Assembly: GCA_036229005.1 (NCBI GenBank)
Contig: JAZAMN010000020.1
Coordinates: 64,001-128,000, forward strand
DNA: 64,000 nucleotides
Source of the DNA: Myxococcota bacterium
GTDB taxonomy: Bacteria > Myxococcota_A > UBA796 > CAJQPC01
Direction of reading: 5' to 3'
Positions 61,327 through 64,000 of this stretch are shown here, one piece after another; positions within the stretch are counted from its first letter, which is position 1, and each line of letters opens with the position of its first letter. The notes beneath the pieces were generated by a model. That model did not search any database. It saw only the letters and a program-made list of their open reading frames with translations, and was not told where the DNA came from. A program made the translations under genes and the position numbers.

Positions 61327-64000
61327 TACTGGGGCGCTCCCTCGTCGATCCAGTCGGCGATCATCTGCTCGTCCGCGGTGGACAGGTAGGGACCGCCGTT
61401 GGGCATCTGGTTGCCGTCGATGGCGGCGTCCCCGATGACCTTCATGTAGATGTAGCTGTTGGCGCTGTCGAAGGGGGTCACGAGCTCGTAGGTGCTCGGG
61501 AAGTCCACGGAGGCCACGCTGACCAGGTTGTCCCAGGTGCTGATGCCGGTGAGGCCGCCCAAACTGCCGGTGGTGTGGCAGGTCGAGCAGTCGCTGGAGA
61601 ACAGCGGCGCGATGTCCGTGGCGAAGCTGTAGGTGAACCCGCAGCTATCGTTGGAGACGCCGGGGGTGCCGTAGTCCGTGGTCATCAGGGTGCTGGACAC
61701 ACACCAGTGCCCGCCGTAGTCGTTGTCGCTGCTGCTCTCGTAGCCGGGGTCCAGGTTCAGGCTCTTGCCGTTGGCCGCGCCGCCGTTGGTGAAGTCGGGG
61801 AAGTAGGCCGCCGTGTCGTAGGCGACCTCGTCCAGCAGGGTGGTCTGGTCGTCGGCGTAGAAGCTGACGGTGTCGGCGGTGTTGAGCAGGGAGATCTTGC
61901 CGGTTCCGGTGCCGAACTCGAAGACGGCGTCGGGGGTGTAGCCGCCGTTGGTGCCGGTGTCGTCGCTGGAGCCCCAGACGAAGTAGTCGCCGTCGGCGAT
62001 GACCACGCTGTCGGCCAGGGTGGCGCTGTTGCCCCCGCTGTTGGTCCAGTAGAGGCCCTGGAAGTCCAGCTCGCCGCCGGAGTTGTTGAGGATCTCGACG
62101 AACTCCATGTTGGGGTCGTCGCCGCCGGTGGGGTTGATGTTCAGCTCGGTGACGACCAGGTCGCCCTCGGCCAGGTCCTCCAGCAGGTAGGGGGCGTCGC
62201 TGCCGCTACAGTCGTCGTCGGTGCCGTCCTGGCGCAGGGCGGGGGTGCCGTCCTCGTCCACGCTGGGGTTGACGCTGGCGTCGCTGTCGTCGCAGTCCGT
62301 GCCATCGGTGACGCCGGAGACGGGGCTGTCGTCGCCGTAGTCATCGCCGTCGGCGTCGGTCATGCAGTCGGTGGTGCTGTCGATGGCGGCCGCGCCGGGG
62401 AAGGTGTCGCCGTCACTGTCCAGGCAGTCGCTGTTGTCGCTGACGTAGGCGCTGGGCGGGTCGCAGTACTCGGTGCCCGCGTCTGCCGCGTCGCCGTAGC
62501 CGTCGCTGTCACTGTCCACGAACCAGGTGCTGGTCCCGGTGACGCCGGAGTCGTCGTCATCGGCCACACCGTTGCAGTCCTCGTCGGTGTCGCCAGCGTC
62601 GCAGACCTCGGTCGCGTCGGGGTTGATGGCGTAGGTGTCGTCGTCGCAGTCCGTGCCCACGGCCACCGAGCCGCTGACCGATGCGTCGCCGTAGTCGTCG
62701 CCGTCCGTGTCCTTCATGCAGGCGCTGGTGCTGTCGCTTGGGGCCGCGCCCGGGAAGGTGTCGCCGTCGGTGTCGTCGCAGTCGTTGCTGTCGTTGGCCA
62801 GGCCGACGCCGGGGCGGTCGCAGTTGAGGTTCAGGCCGTCGGTGGTGCTGCTGGAGCCGTAGCCGTCTCCGTCGTCGTCCACGTAGCACTCATCGACGTC
62901 ATCGCAGTTCTGGTCGATGCCGTCCGCGGTGACCTCGCTGCCGCCAGGGTTGATGCTGGTGCTGCTGTCATCGCAGTCGGTGTTGTCGGTGGTCACGCCG
63001 GAGGGGGCGTCGCAGTAGAGCGTTCCGCTGTCGTCCTCGTCGCCGTAGCCATCGGAGTCGGAGTCGGTGTAGTACCGGGTCTTGGTGCTGCTGTCGGTGC
63101 TGCTGTCGCTGTCGTCGCTGAGCCCGTCGCAGTCCTCGTCCTTGTCGGCCGAGTCACAGACCTCGGTCAGGCCCGGGCTGCGCCCGGAGTCCCCGTCGTC
63201 GCAGTCGTCGTAGCCGCTGATGGCGGAGCCGACCCAGGTGCTGCCGTCGTCGCTGCACTCCACGTAGCCGTCGCTGTCGTCGTCGGTCTCGTCGGAGGGC
63301 ACGCCGCTGCCGGAGCACTCGTTGAGCTGGCCGTCGCAGAGCTCGGTCGCGCCGGTGTAGACGGTGTCGTCGCTGTCGTCACAGTCGCTCTGGTCGTCGG
63401 CGACCTGGGAGCTGGCCTGGTCGCAGTCCAGATCCGGGCCATCCACCACGGTGCTGCTGCCCTGTCCGTCCCGGTCCAGGTCCTGGTAACAGGAGTCCAC
63501 GCTGTCGCAGTCCTGGTCCACGCCGTCGGCCACGCTCTCGGTGGCGCCGGGGTAGACGCTGGCCAGGGCGTCGTCGCAGTCGTCACCCAGCATGGTGCCG
63601 GAGCCGTCCCAGCCGCCGCTGTCCAAGGTGCACTCGACGTAGCCGTCGGAGTCGTTATCCTGCTCGTCTGCGGGGATGCTGCTGTCGCAGTCGTTGTCCT
63701 GGCCGTCGCAGATCTCGTCGGCGTCAGGGTTCACCGTCTTGTCGCTGTCATCGCAGTCGTCGGCATTGTCCGCGTAGGTCTTCCAGGTCCGCGTGCAGTC
63801 GAAGTCCGCGGCGCCCGTCTCGATGGTGTTGGAGGTGTCGGTGTCACCGAAGCCGTCCTTGTCCGCGTCCAGGTAGCAGGTCTCCACGCCGTCGCAGTCG
63901 TTGTCCACGCCGTCGGCGATCTGCTCAGTCGCGCCCGGGTAGGTGGTGGCCTCGCCGTCGTCGCAGTCGTCGTAGTCGGGCTCGGAGCTGCCGTCCCAGC
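61326..64000 (-). CDS. Large acidic surface protein: MopE-like Cys/Asp repeats, lamin-tail-like domain, C-terminal cytochrome c (5' end outside window)
   Basis: Many DCDD...PGATE.CDG.DNDC repeats; LVVTELNINP...EFVEILN; CSTCH heme motif plus MP...WIDEGA. Confidence 0.85.
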   Translation of the reverse strand, partial: WDGSSEPDYDDCDDGEATTYPGATEQIADGVDNDCDGVETCYLDADKDGFGDTDTSNTIETGAADFDCTRTWKTYADNADDCDDSDKTVNPDADEICDGQDNDCDSSIPADEQDNDSDGYVECTLDSGGWDGSGTMLGDDCDDALASVYPGATESVADGVDQDCDSVDSCYQDLDRDGQGSSTVVDGPDLDCDQASSQVADDQSDCDDSDDTVYTGATELCDGQLNECSGSGVPSDETDDDSDGYVECSDDGSTWVGSAISGYDDCDDGDSGRSPGLTEVCDSADKDEDCDGLSDDSDSSTDSSTKTRYYTDSDSDGYGDEDDSGTLYCDAPSGVTTDNTDCDDSSTSINPGGSEVTADGIDQNCDDVDECYVDDDGDGYGSSSTTDGLNLNCDRPGVGLANDSNDCDDTDGDTFPGAAPSDSTSACMKDTDGDDYGDASVSGSVAVGTDCDDDTYAINPDATEVCDAGDTDEDCNGVADDDDSGVTGTSTWFVDSDSDGYGDAADAGTEYCDPPSAYVSDNSDCLDSDGDTFPGAAAIDSTTDCMTDADGDDYGDDSPVSGVTDGTDCDDSDASVNPSVDEDGTPALRQDGTDDDCSGSDAPYLLEDLAEGDLVVTELNINPTGGDDPNMEFVEILNNSGGELDFQGLYWTNSGGNSATLADSVVIADGDYFVWGSSDDTGTNGGYTPDAVFEFGTGTGKISLLNTADTVSFYADDQTTLLDEVAYDTAAYFPDFTNGGAANGKSLNLDPGYESSSDNDYGGHWCVSSTLMTTDYGTPGVSNDSCGFTYSFATDIAPLFSSDCSTCHTTGSLGGLTGISTWDNLVSVASVDFPSTYELVTPFDSANSYIYMKVIGDAAIDGNQMPNGGPYLSTADEQMIADWIDEGAPQ

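Overview
High-GC (about 70% by eye) bacterial chromosome segment, very likely Myxococcota: it has MYXO-CTERM-type anchors, a MopE-repeat surface protein, a membrane Ser/Thr kinase, DivIVA, CotH and sigma54 features. It is mostly housekeeping and envelope/signalling genes (rplU-rpmA-obgE, rsfS, fumC, queE, trxA, a DnaJ-class chaperone, gltS, katG, crcB, ppk2, PspA, a DnaC-like ATPase). I found no tRNA, rRNA, transposase, integrase or CRISPR-Cas. The most unusual items are: (1) a caspase-like protease and a large pore-former-like protein, otherwise unrelated, that share an N-terminal 'D-x-LQD-[AP]-L...DPLLT-[RK]-x-G' leader, a candidate new export/loading signal; (2) two copies of a foldback element built from 31-bp-periodic units in inverted arms, one nested inside a 225-bp tandem repeat; (3) a translationally coupled pair of GTPases that both carry GK-D in G1 and N-TPG in G3 instead of GK[ST] and DxxG; (4) a CheY / RedB-like / membrane-anchored CheA-like operon without CheW; (5) a sigma4-ZAS-TM-DUF4384-like fusion; (6) a lower-GC two-gene islet encoding an HEYGH metallopeptidase. 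All product calls come from motif recognition by eye, without database searches.
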